Virus record (IMG/VR): IMGVR_UViG_3300010885_014582
Span: 30,014-94,013 of that record
DNA length: 64,000 nucleotides
Origin: a virus
Strand: one strand, 5' to 3'
The notes beneath the pieces are model-generated. The model worked only from the letters and a program-made list of their open reading frames with translations. It did no database searches and was not told where the DNA came from. Below, piece by piece: positions 1 through 10,250 of this stretch. The translations under genes were made by a program, and so were the position numbers. The stretch's first letter is position 1. The number at the start of each line of letters is the position of its first letter.

Positions 1-619
1 GTACATCTACCGCAATTACTGGAACATCAGCATTAAAGATTGCATCTACGATCTCTTGCTTTGTCTTACCAACATTCTCAACACCTAGTGCCTTGGCTTG
101 ACGGCGAAGAACACCAATGTTCATGTTCATCAATTCTTCTCTGGTAAACACAAGTTCAGAAGTTTCTGGCTCAACCTCGACCTCGACAGGTTCCACCACA
201 GTTGTAGCCTCATCACCAATAACAATTGGTGTAAGTGCCATTGTCAAGTCTTTGATAGTGCACCCACCATCATGTGCCATGATCGCCATCTTGTTTGATG
301 ACTCTTCATTCTTCTCATCCCATAGGAGGAGGATCACATCAGACTCTTGAATGACAGTAAGAGTTGGGTCATCAGAAACAGTAATGCTTAGGGCGCAATC
401 AAGTAGAGGCTTAGGTGCGTTATCATCGATACGATGGATGGCAATAAAGGGTGACTCATTGTCAACAATGTAATCATAAACATCTCCAACGGATCCCTGT
501 GGTGCACGGCGAGCATGTACTACAAATACTGCTTCTGCATCACTTTCAATAATGTCTGCTAGTCCATCTCGTACCAATTTGGTATTAGCAGATCCACTGC
601 CAATAATTCCATACTTCAT
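1..619 (-). CDS. Hypothetical protein (truncated by window edge), with a Rho-N-like helical motif
   Basis: Hand-translated, not in the ORF track. ATG at 619 after GGAG; MKYGIIGSGS...EELMNMNIGVLRRQAKALGVENVGKTKQEIVDAI; open to the window edge. Confidence 0.7.
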   Translation of the reverse strand, partial: MKYGIIGSGSANTKLVRDGLADIIESDAEAVFVVHARRAPQGSVGDVYDYIVDNESPFIAIHRIDDNAPKPLLDCALSITVSDDPTLTVIQESDVILLLWDEKNEESSNKMAIMAHDGGCTIKDLTMALTPIVIGDEATTVVEPVEVEVEPETSELVFTREELMNMNIGVLRRQAKALGVENVGKTKQEIVDAIFNADVPVIAVDV

Positions 620-632
620 ATTGTGCTCCTAT

Positions 633-887
633 TTATTTGTAAGTTTTGCGAGCCGCTAAGTCCCCATGGAGAGTAATCACCCTCAAGATACCGTGGCATG
701 CACTAGCGATTGTAGCAACCACTAATCCAGATACCCACTTGTCTGGGAGGTTTATGATGAAAGATATTCCGTAGCCAAGGACAACACCTGTCAGGATCTT
801 TACCCAGGGCATTGCTTCCTTTGGGGTCATTGTGTTAAGAAACTGCATCAACTTGTATACGGCTAGTCCACTTATTAAATAGTTCAC
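633..887 (-). CDS. Small membrane protein (holin-like candidate)
   Basis: 84 aa, 2-3 hydrophobic segments, basic C-terminus. Confidence 0.5.
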   Translation of the reverse strand: MNYLISGLAVYKLMQFLNTMTPKEAMPWVKILTGVVLGYGISFIINLPDKWVSGLVVATIASACHGILRVITLHGDLAARKTYK

Positions 888-2674
888 TCAAGTACTTCCC
901 AATTGATTACATAGTTGACTGTATCGACTAAAGTAACAGGTATTACATAGTTTTTAACTATATCTTCTGTAACTTTTCGAGCACGGTGGTAATCAAGAGT
1001 GTAATAGGAAAAGTCTGTATTTATAGAACTCACTGCGTTTTGTCCCCAGTGGTAGTCATAGAGACCATCACCAGACACGCCTGCTCGTGGGATAAACCCA
1101 CCCATTGGCTCGCTTCCAGAGAAGAACACACCACTAGAGTTTTTATACTCAATCATTGGTTTAGTGAAGGTTACAGTCTTTGTTCCAGTAGCAGGATGAG
1201 CAACGCTTAGTACGAATACTCCTACAACATTAGTGGGGGTAACAGCCACACTATTTGGTGTACTAGCAGATATTTTTCTGTTGTTACCTGTTGCGTCAAG
1301 GTAACTCTCTGGTGTTCCTGATAGACCACCAGTTATCCAGTCATCAAAAAGAACTGGTGATGCTGTAGAACTATTTGCTAGTCCTTCAAAAGTTAACATT
1401 GCTGTTTTTGCCATAAACCTGACATTAAAAACATCAGATGAAAGGGCTGAACCATAATAAGTTAAATCATTATTGTAAAGAAACGACCCTCTACTGTAAA
1501 TGTATATAACGCTATTACCAGTTCCAGCAGCAAGTGTTACTGTCAGTACTCCATCAGTAATGTTAATTATATTGTTAGCAGCAAGACCTGAACTTGGTTG
1601 TACTGATGCAACACCCCAACCATACTCACGACCACCCTCATTTAACGCAGCAAAGTTTCTACGAACAATACCTGTGGTGTCTGTTGTGGTAGCACTTTGT
1701 GAAAAGAAAGGATCACTAAAAAGGTTTACACGCATGGGGTGAACATTAAATTGAATTGGAGATACACCAGTGTTGGTAGTTACGGAGCAGCCAGACATTG
1801 CAGAGATATACGCTTTGATGCTGTTTGTTGTACCCTTGGTTCGACGCAGGTATCCAATGTTGTTTAGTATTGAGCGAAGTTTTGCAGTACCTAAGGCATC
1901 TCTGTTGAACTCAACACCTGCCTGTTTGGCTAAAGCATCAATAGCAGAACTGTGTACAACTTCTGGGTCGTTTATACGCATGGTGTCATAGATAGTTGTT
2001 CGCACACGATCTAACTCCCAACCAAATAACTCTACAAAGCGATATAGAGGGCCAGTAGTAAAGGCGTAGTCCTCAGTAGCAAGCATGTAATTATCATCTA
2101 GTTGACGGTAGTACTCAGGTATATGGTTCCACAACTCTTCAGTAGACCCAAAGTTAATAGGAGTTTGTACAGATATGTCTGCTAAATTCTCATAATAAGA
2201 ATCATTAGTATTGTTTTTAAACTTTACAAACAAAGAATAGTATGACCAAGATCCTTCAGCAATGTATGGTCGAGATGTACCAGCAATGTCAATGTATTCT
2301 TCATAGTAGGTACCTTCTCCCGCAATGATACGGACAACCTCAAAACCATCAGCAGGTGTTATAGGTTCACCATCTCCAGATCCTCTAATCAAAAGTTCTA
2401 CTGGTTCAAATGCTGATGTGGTAACAGTACTGGTTAATGCTGTATCTAAACGCCATTTAAGTTCAACTTCTCCCCTTTTATAAATATTGGCAGAGAACGA
2501 TGAAGTTAAATAAGATTGCGGGACTGGTTCAAAATAACCATCAGAGCGAAGTGCACTGTCAAATAATGCAGTACCACTACCTGCTGGGGTAGTGGAGTCT
2601 TGTACTAAATTTGTACGGCGAAGAGCCGAACCATTATTATCGTCTTTACGGATCTTAAATGAGACTAAAGCCAT
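884..2674 (-). CDS. Baseplate wedge / tail protein (P2 gpI / T4 gp7-like)
   Basis: IPEYYRQLD...LYRFVELFGWELD...IGYLRRTKGT segment typical of this wedge family; follows the baseplate J-like gene. Confidence 0.7.
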   Translation of the reverse strand: MALVSFKIRKDDNNGSALRRTNLVQDSTTPAGSGTALFDSALRSDGYFEPVPQSYLTSSFSANIYKRGEVELKWRLDTALTSTVTTSAFEPVELLIRGSGDGEPITPADGFEVVRIIAGEGTYYEEYIDIAGTSRPYIAEGSWSYYSLFVKFKNNTNDSYYENLADISVQTPINFGSTEELWNHIPEYYRQLDDNYMLATEDYAFTTGPLYRFVELFGWELDRVRTTIYDTMRINDPEVVHSSAIDALAKQAGVEFNRDALGTAKLRSILNNIGYLRRTKGTTNSIKAYISAMSGCSVTTNTGVSPIQFNVHPMRVNLFSDPFFSQSATTTDTTGIVRRNFAALNEGGREYGWGVASVQPSSGLAANNIINITDGVLTVTLAAGTGNSVIYIYSRGSFLYNNDLTYYGSALSSDVFNVRFMAKTAMLTFEGLANSSTASPVLFDDWITGGLSGTPESYLDATGNNRKISASTPNSVAVTPTNVVGVFVLSVAHPATGTKTVTFTKPMIEYKNSSGVFFSGSEPMGGFIPRAGVSGDGLYDYHWGQNAVSSINTDFSYYTLDYHRARKVTEDIVKNYVIPVTLVDTVNYVINWEVLE

Positions 2675-4242
2675 TAGTTGCTACCAGTCAATCCACCAAC
2701 CATGTCAAAGTTAACAGCAATACGACTACTAATTTTGTCAGTAAAACATGGGAGTTGTGTTGCACTAACAGTCACATTGTTTACTGTACTTACAGTTGCT
2801 GGTGTTGAATCGTATGTTGTACTCAAGTTTGTAAGTATCACATAGTCAACTCCAGTGACAGATAGTGCTGCTCGGTACACTTCTCCAACAGTGAATATCT
2901 GTCCAAAAGACACATTATCAAAGGACAGCAAATCTCTAATTGCTTTGTCAACACCTGCTTGTACATAACTTTGTACATAATTAGTTTTTACATAAACTTG
3001 AATACCAACATAAATAGGTGTGCACTCAATGTACCGATCGACGCTTCCATGGTTAGCAGGGTTTACGACTGAAGCAGTTACACCCAACATTGACCTGGTT
3101 GAGAAGTACAACTCAATAGATTCTGTAGTATTCGCTGGTATTTCGATGATTACTTTGGTTGTACCAGAAGTAATTGGTTCAGGTGGGTAACTACTTTGAT
3201 AGGGAACTGGGTAGATAGTAACGGTTGGAGATGAGTATGTTGCTGTTGCTTTACTTACTGAGGGAATCTGTAAAGTTAAATCTTTATAGTCTTGTAATGA
3301 AACGGCTCGGTCTTGTGTTCGATATAGCCGAGACACATTGGATTTGATTGAACTAATTGATTCAGCATCAGCACCACCACTGGTTGCTCCAGACGACACA
3401 ACACTTATATAAGTGGACTGTGGTGAAGATGATACAAGTTTAATACCATTAGTTTGAAGGTTTCCATCGGATCCAGCAGTACTGCGGTAAGAGGCTGTAA
3501 TAGTTGCATTAGTAGTTGGCACTGTTCCGTTAAACCCATTACCAAATATGATTTGTGTGTATCCGTCAGAAGTACTTTTGGCAGTAAAAACTTTATCTAA
3601 ATAGTTAGCAGATGACAATTGTGCGACATAAGTGTACTCAACTGCTGAAGGCACACCACTAACAAGTGGTCCTTCGTAGACAAGAATGCTAATGCTGTTA
3701 ATGTCAACATTTGTTTTTAACAAAGAAAACTTTTGGTTAGTAAAACCAGCACTGGTACCAATTAGTTCATTAAAAACTAATGAACCTTGAATGACAGAAC
3801 CAGTTGCTTGTGTGGTAGTCACTAAATCTAAGGCAGGTAAATCATTAGCAAGGTAGAAATCATATTCGTTTCCATCAGCATCATAACCTTTGAAGGTAGT
3901 AAATTGTGGCACTGTGTAGGTTGTGGCACCAGCAGGTACTGAGTTTAATTTAACAGTTACTTGCCCACGAGATGCACGAGGTGATGCGGGGGCATAGTCC
4001 ATTAAGTTAGCAATTGCTAAAACTGAATCACGCTGTGTTGCAGTTTCTAAGAAAGTTTCTCCAGCAGCACGGTCAACATAAAAGTGAAGGACATCACCCA
4101 TGTACGCCCAAAGATCAACAAACATGTTTCCAAATTCGGAGGCGTCAGTGCCATCCCATTCTGGAATAGTCTTAGCGGCACGATTGATTAAATCTTGCCT
4201 GATTGATAAAAAATCTCTACTGGTGTAGTCAAATGTAGCCAT
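2674..4242 (-). CDS. Baseplate wedge protein (baseplate J / T4 gp6-like)
   Basis: DYTSRDF N-terminus, ETFLETATQRDSV, GGADAES...RAVSLQDY motifs. Confidence 0.9.
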   Translation of the reverse strand: MATFDYTSRDFLSIRQDLINRAAKTIPEWDGTDASEFGNMFVDLWAYMGDVLHFYVDRAAGETFLETATQRDSVLAIANLMDYAPASPRASRGQVTVKLNSVPAGATTYTVPQFTTFKGYDADGNEYDFYLANDLPALDLVTTTQATGSVIQGSLVFNELIGTSAGFTNQKFSLLKTNVDINSISILVYEGPLVSGVPSAVEYTYVAQLSSANYLDKVFTAKSTSDGYTQIIFGNGFNGTVPTTNATITASYRSTAGSDGNLQTNGIKLVSSSPQSTYISVVSSGATSGGADAESISSIKSNVSRLYRTQDRAVSLQDYKDLTLQIPSVSKATATYSSPTVTIYPVPYQSSYPPEPITSGTTKVIIEIPANTTESIELYFSTRSMLGVTASVVNPANHGSVDRYIECTPIYVGIQVYVKTNYVQSYVQAGVDKAIRDLLSFDNVSFGQIFTVGEVYRAALSVTGVDYVILTNLSTTYDSTPATVSTVNNVTVSATQLPCFTDKISSRIAVNFDMVGGLTGSN

Positions 4243-4244
4243 AA

Positions 4245-4649
4245 TTAAAAAGTGCTCTCTTCAGTTAAAATAGTATTAGAGTCGACAACCGCTGTGTACA
4301 CAGAAGTACCCATACCTGGAACAGCGTACACTACAGAAACAGATAATGTGGAATCACCACTACTTCTTGTTGTGTTACCTTCTGAAATCCTAATATCTTT
4401 AATAGTAGCAATACTTACATTATCGTTAATAGCCGCAAGTGCGTCCACTCGATAATCTGCAAAAACTAAAGGATCTAATGGTTCAAACAACAGCCCACTG
4501 ATACCAGCACCATATCCTGGGCGCATAACTCTTTCGGACCCTCTGGTAGCCAGCACATCTGCAATTCGTTGTTTGGCGATTACTCCAGTATCGGTAGTGT
4601 CAGGTACCTTACCACTCTCAAAACGGAAAGGTATATTAATTGATTTCAT
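4245..4649 (-). CDS. Baseplate wedge subunit gp25/GPW-like
   Basis: LATRGSERVMRPGYGAGI..LLFEP motif. Confidence 0.9.
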   Translation of the reverse strand: MKSINIPFRFESGKVPDTTDTGVIAKQRIADVLATRGSERVMRPGYGAGISGLLFEPLDPLVFADYRVDALAAINDNVSIATIKDIRISEGNTTRSSGDSTLSVSVVYAVPGMGTSVYTAVVDSNTILTEESTF

Positions 4650-4672
4650 AGGTTACCATTCTACATTGGTAT

Positions 4673-5833
4673 TTAAGAATAGACATAAATCATCTCATTT
4701 CTTGTCATCCAACGATTTCCTTTAAGTACTGGCTCAGTTAAATTAGGCATAGGTGCACTGATCACTGTGCTATCAACTGTCCCTGTGTCATTTGAGTCTT
4801 TAGCCAAAGTAAGGTACGACATTGCTGTACCACGGGATATTTCGTGCCTAACTGCTTGGACAATCCATAACCCATCTAAACCTGAGTTGTATTTGTCAAT
4901 TTTTACAACCATGCCAGGTTGGATAATAGGGTCTCCTACAATGTCTACATGAGCAATATAGGGTAAGTTGTGCCTACTGCGTCCTTTTAGGGATGCTTCT
5001 AGCATTTCTACTGAATGGGCATTACCAGAAATTTCATCTTTAAATATAGATTGAACTGTCTGACCATAGCCAGTAGACTCATTATTAGATTTGGTAATAA
5101 TTTGGTTACCAACTAATGCATGCATGGTCCCAGAAGTTTTTGCTGACAATGGGGTAATGGCTCCAATTACACCATGAAACTTAATTACTTGACCAGGTGC
5201 TGACGATAATCTTCCACTGTTACCAGACATTGCATATAAAGGTATTGATCCTGTACGACTAAAGGATGCAAATGGATCCCAGATATCAATGTGTACCCCA
5301 CGCATAATTACTTGGTAACCAAGGTAATTAGCAGCATGTACAAGTAATTCCCAATCGGACATTTCAGACTGTACTAATCTTGGAAAGACATACCTATCAT
5401 TTGGAACAGCCAATGTTAATGCATATTCGTTTGCAAGGGCTGTTGCAATTTGTGGCAAAGTCTTGTTTTCCCATGATCGTGATTTGCGACTCCGCATTGG
5501 GTATGACGAACCTAAACAATATATTCTTGTAATTTGGAATGGGCTGTTATCAATAAGACCATTTTTATTTACTGACTCTGGTTCTAGGTAAGTAATGTAC
5601 CCAACAAAACCATACATACGGATCTGACCAACACTTACTTTTATTGATATAGGTACATCAATAAAATCAGTTAAACTTTGTGGGGGTATTCCACCAACTT
5701 CTAAAATTGCAAGGTTGTGCATATTTTCTTGTAGTTCAATGTTGACACGCTTAACAGAAGCATAGTCAAGGTACATACCATTAACTATTACTTCAAATTT
5801 AATATCAAGGGGAGATGCACCAGAAGTAATCAT
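4673..5833 (-). CDS. Baseplate hub (gp27 / late control D-like)
   Basis: QSEMSDWELL and VGDPIIQPG...GLWIVQAVRH motifs; synteny. Confidence 0.8.
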   Translation of the reverse strand: MITSGASPLDIKFEVIVNGMYLDYASVKRVNIELQENMHNLAILEVGGIPPQSLTDFIDVPISIKVSVGQIRMYGFVGYITYLEPESVNKNGLIDNSPFQITRIYCLGSSYPMRSRKSRSWENKTLPQIATALANEYALTLAVPNDRYVFPRLVQSEMSDWELLVHAANYLGYQVIMRGVHIDIWDPFASFSRTGSIPLYAMSGNSGRLSSAPGQVIKFHGVIGAITPLSAKTSGTMHALVGNQIITKSNNESTGYGQTVQSIFKDEISGNAHSVEMLEASLKGRSRHNLPYIAHVDIVGDPIIQPGMVVKIDKYNSGLDGLWIVQAVRHEISRGTAMSYLTLAKDSNDTGTVDSTVISAPMPNLTEPVLKGNRWMTRNEMIYVYS

Positions 5834-6084
5834 CGTGGAATACGGATATTTGTTCCGACAGGGATGTAATCAGGAAAAGGGACCTGTGGATTAATGTCTG
5901 CAATTTTCCAATAGAATAGAGGTGAACCTAAGTATCGAGCAGACAAATTTGTAAAAGTGTCACCAAATCTAGCATAATGAGATATATAACTTGGAAGTAC
6001 CATTTGTTTACGCACAGATACAATTACAATGTTTCCATTTCGTTCTTCTGCGGTAGTTGAGTATCGAGAAAGTGCTTCTATCAT
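5830..6084 (-). CDS. LysM-like tail X / gp53-like baseplate protein
   Basis: GDTFTNLSARYLGSPLFYWKIADINP...GTNIRIP. Confidence 0.85.
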   Translation of the reverse strand: MIEALSRYSTTAEERNGNIVIVSVRKQMVLPSYISHYARFGDTFTNLSARYLGSPLFYWKIADINPQVPFPDYIPVGTNIRIPR

Positions 6085-6099
6085 TTTTGTTATTTCTTA

Positions 6100-7719
6100 C
6101 TACTTAGGAGGAGGAGGAGCAGGGTTTTGGTTTGCAATTAATTGGGGATAGGTTACTGTTCCCGTAAACGGTTGAGCATTTAGTTTTTCTTCACTATAAA
6201 ATAGTGGGGCACTCACTGACACACCTGTGTCCCCACTTCCTGCAAGTTCAACTGAATATCTAAAAGAAAGATAATTTTTTCTAAAGGAAGACACTTTGTA
6301 TTCTTTTAATAAAATGTTTACAAAATCAGAAGATTCTAAACCTCTTTCAGCAGCATCAGTTATTTTTTCTAATGGTATGTCATTAGATCCTTTATAAGTT
6401 AACGAAATGGCACTTGCTTTGTATTCCTCATCTGTTGGCGCAGTGTTTAAAGTAGTATCCGATCCTCTAACTACAGAATTTAAATTAAATTTATATTCAA
6501 GATTGACCCGAACTTTGACATCTTTAATTTCTTTTTTTTCTATTGCTTTTGCAAATTCGGTAGTTCTGTTGGCATCAATAGATGCAGAAAACCCTTCACC
6601 ACTCTCAAAACGAAAAGTATCAAAGTCTGTTCTGTAAAAGTTTACAGTAGTCAATGCTTTTTTTAATTTATTTATAACTTCTTCATCTTTAGTTATCTGC
6701 GTTGATGTGTCTTTTGCAGTATTTACTAAGTTGTCATACAAAAATGTATTCTTTTTTGCAAACCCAATATAAAGGGCGTACATATTGATGTCTACTGTGC
6801 ATTGTGTAGGTACCATGGTTTGACTAAATTTAGTAAAGTTTACAGAAACATTTGTTGCAATTCCTTCAACCATAAATAAAGTTGAGAACATCACACGAAA
6901 AGGTTGTGGGTTTAGGAAAGCAGAGTTACCAAGGTTTACTCTAAACTTTTCTGAAAGTGCATCAGGAGAAGTTTCAAGTTTTTTAAGTTTTCCAAAGACT
7001 TCACCTGCTTTTTGATCTTTTTTAGATAAATCTTTTAATGCTTCTTTTTCTGCGTCCATCTGTTGTGTCAAAAAGTCTGACTGTCTTTGAGCCAGCGCCT
7101 TGATCATGTCAGATGATATTCCTTGACCAGTAATTGTGTCTAAGACAAAAATATCTGCAAGAACACCTACTTGAGAAACTAATGCTGCTGATCCATTAGG
7201 CAACATTATTGCATCATTTTCTGTTTGTTTAGTTCCTTTATTAACTTCAGATTCCCGATTAAACATCAAACTAAACCCAAATGTTGAAACACCTGGAACT
7301 GCTTGCATGAGTTGTTCAGGGCTTTGTAACAAAGGAAGCATTGCTCCAGGTGTCTGTGACACATCTCTTCGAATAGCCTGTGGGTTAAATTGAAAGAATA
7401 ACCTACGATTTGGTGTCGTCATATCACCACCAACAATATTACCCAGATTGACATGGGGGTCAGTAATTAAACTTCTCATGTAACCACGCTGTATTTCTTG
7501 TGAAGTTTTATTGTTAGTACCATCTACATAATGTGTTTTATTTGAGGGCCAATCAAATGACGGGTTATCTGCGTCGGTATGCGTTAGATCAGATGGTTCA
7601 GTATCTAATATTCCAAAAAACTGATTAGTTGCATATCCTACATTTCCAGATAGTATTTTCCTTTTTTGAGTGCTTGGCGAAGGGGATTCTTTACCAGTTG
7701 TATCATCGTAAATAGCCAT
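6100..7719 (-). CDS. Tail tube initiator-like baseplate protein
   Basis: FQFNPQ and VNFTKFSQTMVPTQCTVDI motifs; lies between the tape measure and LysM genes. Confidence 0.65.
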   Translation of the reverse strand: MAIYDDTTGKESPSPSTQKRKILSGNVGYATNQFFGILDTEPSDLTHTDADNPSFDWPSNKTHYVDGTNNKTSQEIQRGYMRSLITDPHVNLGNIVGGDMTTPNRRLFFQFNPQAIRRDVSQTPGAMLPLLQSPEQLMQAVPGVSTFGFSLMFNRESEVNKGTKQTENDAIMLPNGSAALVSQVGVLADIFVLDTITGQGISSDMIKALAQRQSDFLTQQMDAEKEALKDLSKKDQKAGEVFGKLKKLETSPDALSEKFRVNLGNSAFLNPQPFRVMFSTLFMVEGIATNVSVNFTKFSQTMVPTQCTVDINMYALYIGFAKKNTFLYDNLVNTAKDTSTQITKDEEVINKLKKALTTVNFYRTDFDTFRFESGEGFSASIDANRTTEFAKAIEKKEIKDVKVRVNLEYKFNLNSVVRGSDTTLNTAPTDEEYKASAISLTYKGSNDIPLEKITDAAERGLESSDFVNILLKEYKVSSFRKNYLSFRYSVELAGSGDTGVSVSAPLFYSEEKLNAQPFTGTVTYPQLIANQNPAPPPPK

Positions 7720-10088
7720 TATGAAGTCCTCATCATTTTCAGTTTAACTTCCTGTTCAAGTAGGGATCCAACTTCCCGTGCAATTCGGCGCAAATCAGTT
7801 GACATATCTTGCGATCCATTTAAATAAATATTTGGAGAGATAGTAATAGTACTTCCTGCTGCTTGCCCTGATTGAGAAGATCCTTGTGCAGGAGCAGGTT
7901 GTTGCGGTGCCATACTTTGTGACAAACTTGGTCGGTAGTCAATAGGGTCACCAGAACTATTAGTTCCTTTTCCTCGTACAACAGCACTAGCACCAAGACT
8001 TAAAGAAGATATTTTGTCGGTGTTTCCAACAATAGAACCTTCAGATTTAAGTCCACCTTTTTCAATGTATGACTTGATTGATCCAGCAGCCCCACCTACC
8101 GCAGAAGTCAATGGTGCCATACTTACTTTACTAGTAGATATGCTTGTCTTTGAAAATACATTTAATTTCTTAACTGAACTTTTACTGACACCCGAAGAAC
8201 TTCCACTCTTACTTACCGAGTTTCCACCACCATACATAGAACCCATTGTTCCCGCTGGTTGAAGATGGAATGGTTCATCGCTTTGAGCACCTGCTTGTGT
8301 TCCACCATGTGCTAACCCATATTTTGCGGCATTTGCTCTAAGCCAGTTGTCATCACCAACAACATCAGCCGCTAGACCACGCTGGTGCATAGATTGACCT
8401 GGAGGAGCCATAGGATAATCTTTAGTGTTTTTCATTTCCCAAACAACGCCATTCCAAATACGACCTGTTTCACTTTTTTCAGATTGTGGTTTATCTGTTG
8501 GATAATAGCGTTGTCTAAATGACTGCTCTTGTTGTGCTTCACTTCTAACTGCATCACCAATCTTTAATGATGAGTTTGCCTCAAGAACTCTTCGAAGAGG
8601 TATAGCAAGTCTTGGATCTAATGTTGCTAATTTATCTTCGTTGTTTTTGCTTAACTTTTTGACATTTTGCTCTGCTCCAGCAGGTCCTGCATCTGCTGTA
8701 GATCCCTTAGTTGGCGCTGTTGTGGTTGTTGACACACTTTTTTGTTTGCTGTCGACCGCATCTCCACCAGGTCCCCCACCTGCGGCTAACCCTGCTAAGT
8801 CAAACGCAGTTACTGCTGCGTTCTTTCCAAAGTTAATTCCTGTTCCAACGCCATACTTTAGGGCTTCAGTTACAGGGTGACCTTTAGCGCTTATATACAT
8901 ACCAATAACTGATTGCATTGCATCTTCTAATTTTGCAAACATTTGAGTTGTTGTGCGAAGGTTTCTTTCAAATTGAGCAAAACTATCTGTTTGACGACCA
9001 TAAAACCGTTCTTCACGCTTGAGTCTTTCACCAGTAGTCTTTTCATGTTGAACAGCGTAGGTTCCTTCAATACCAGTTACTTCTCTGTCCTCTTGGACCG
9101 AGGGGTCATACATAACATTTTTGCCGCTCTTTTTTTGAAAAGAGTTATTTTGCATGGCATATTGAATAACTAGGTCTTGCATATCCTGTGGTACACCCAT
9201 TGCATCCAAACGCTGGCGGGTGTTAGACCCTTGTTGAAGGGCGCCCTTTAGCGCATCAGGGTTAGTCAATCCAGTACGACGAACAATATCTTGGATGGAT
9301 TGCATACCTGAGCGTTGCTTTCCCCCAATGCCATACATGCCAGTTCCACCCATCATAAACATTTTGTTTGCTACATCTGGAGAACCCATAGTGGATAGCA
9401 TCTTTGTGATGTCTCCAGAACCATAAGAGAATCCTGATACAGCACGGAGAGACTCTACGGTGGAAGCATTTTTTTCAGCAGATAATCCTGTGCTTGCCTG
9501 CATTCCTAAAAGATCATTGATAGCAGTACCACCACCAAGAAGGTAGTGGCTAGTAAGTGGCATACGCAATTGGTTACGGACTTGTCTATTTGACATTCCA
9601 TACATTTGTTGTAGTTGTACAGACATTCGGTCGGCTTGCAAAGAGTACTGAGCACCACGCTCCACACGGGCACCTATTGCCGACATGGCGTCACCTATTG
9701 GTTTCATGCCAGCGTTAATGGTGTTCATGACATTGTTGCCAATAGTTCCGCCACCGCCTCCGCCACCGCCTCCAGGTATAGGGGGGGTTCCTCCGCCTCC
9801 ACCACCGCCAACAGAAGGTATTGCAGATAGTGATGAGGACATAGAAGCAGCAACTGAGGTGTTACCAGCACCACTAGTCGTACCACTAGTGGTCATTCCT
9901 CGTCCACCACTACTCATTGCCCTAGCAGCACCAGATGCAGCGGTCCTTAATTTTTCATAAGCACCAGTAATTTTGGTAATACCAGCAACTACTTTGTCTA
10001 CGGCACGGTCATCAAGACCTAAAGTAGTACGCCCACCAACGCTGGCTTTCATAACACCTGCGTGATCAATTGGGGTTTCTTCGGGCAT
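7719..10088 (-). CDS. Tape measure protein with M15/VanY-like peptidoglycan peptidase domain
   Basis: Long Ala/Gly/Met-rich helical protein after the tail chaperone; RSEAQQ...APPGQSMHQRGLAAD...EPFHLQ zinc peptidase motif. Confidence 0.85.
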   Translation of the reverse strand: MPEETPIDHAGVMKASVGGRTTLGLDDRAVDKVVAGITKITGAYEKLRTAASGAARAMSSGGRGMTTSGTTSGAGNTSVAASMSSSLSAIPSVGGGGGGGTPPIPGGGGGGGGGTIGNNVMNTINAGMKPIGDAMSAIGARVERGAQYSLQADRMSVQLQQMYGMSNRQVRNQLRMPLTSHYLLGGGTAINDLLGMQASTGLSAEKNASTVESLRAVSGFSYGSGDITKMLSTMGSPDVANKMFMMGGTGMYGIGGKQRSGMQSIQDIVRRTGLTNPDALKGALQQGSNTRQRLDAMGVPQDMQDLVIQYAMQNNSFQKKSGKNVMYDPSVQEDREVTGIEGTYAVQHEKTTGERLKREERFYGRQTDSFAQFERNLRTTTQMFAKLEDAMQSVIGMYISAKGHPVTEALKYGVGTGINFGKNAAVTAFDLAGLAAGGGPGGDAVDSKQKSVSTTTTAPTKGSTADAGPAGAEQNVKKLSKNNEDKLATLDPRLAIPLRRVLEANSSLKIGDAVRSEAQQEQSFRQRYYPTDKPQSEKSETGRIWNGVVWEMKNTKDYPMAPPGQSMHQRGLAADVVGDDNWLRANAAKYGLAHGGTQAGAQSDEPFHLQPAGTMGSMYGGGNSVSKSGSSSGVSKSSVKKLNVFSKTSISTSKVSMAPLTSAVGGAAGSIKSYIEKGGLKSEGSIVGNTDKISSLSLGASAVVRGKGTNSSGDPIDYRPSLSQSMAPQQPAPAQGSSQSGQAAGSTITISPNIYLNGSQDMSTDLRRIAREVGSLLEQEVKLKMMRTS

Positions 10089-10098
10089 GTTTTAATTC

Positions 10099-10250
10099 CT
10101 AATTATTGCGCCATTTTGCCATACCGAACCAGTAGGCACGCTGACGCACGGACATTGATTTAAGGTCGCTAAGACCAAAACCTCTGTACGAAGAGGCAAT
10201 CTTTTCATATTCCCAATATATAAGTTTCAGATTAACTGAATAAAAGTGAG
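10099..10250 (-). CDS. Tail assembly chaperone extension (GT / gp51-like), probably reached by frameshift
   Basis: Open frame HFYSVNLKLIYWEYEKIASSYRGFGLSDLKSMSVRQRAYWFGMAKWRNN* overlaps the end of the chaperone gene and has no obvious start of its own. Confidence 0.6.
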
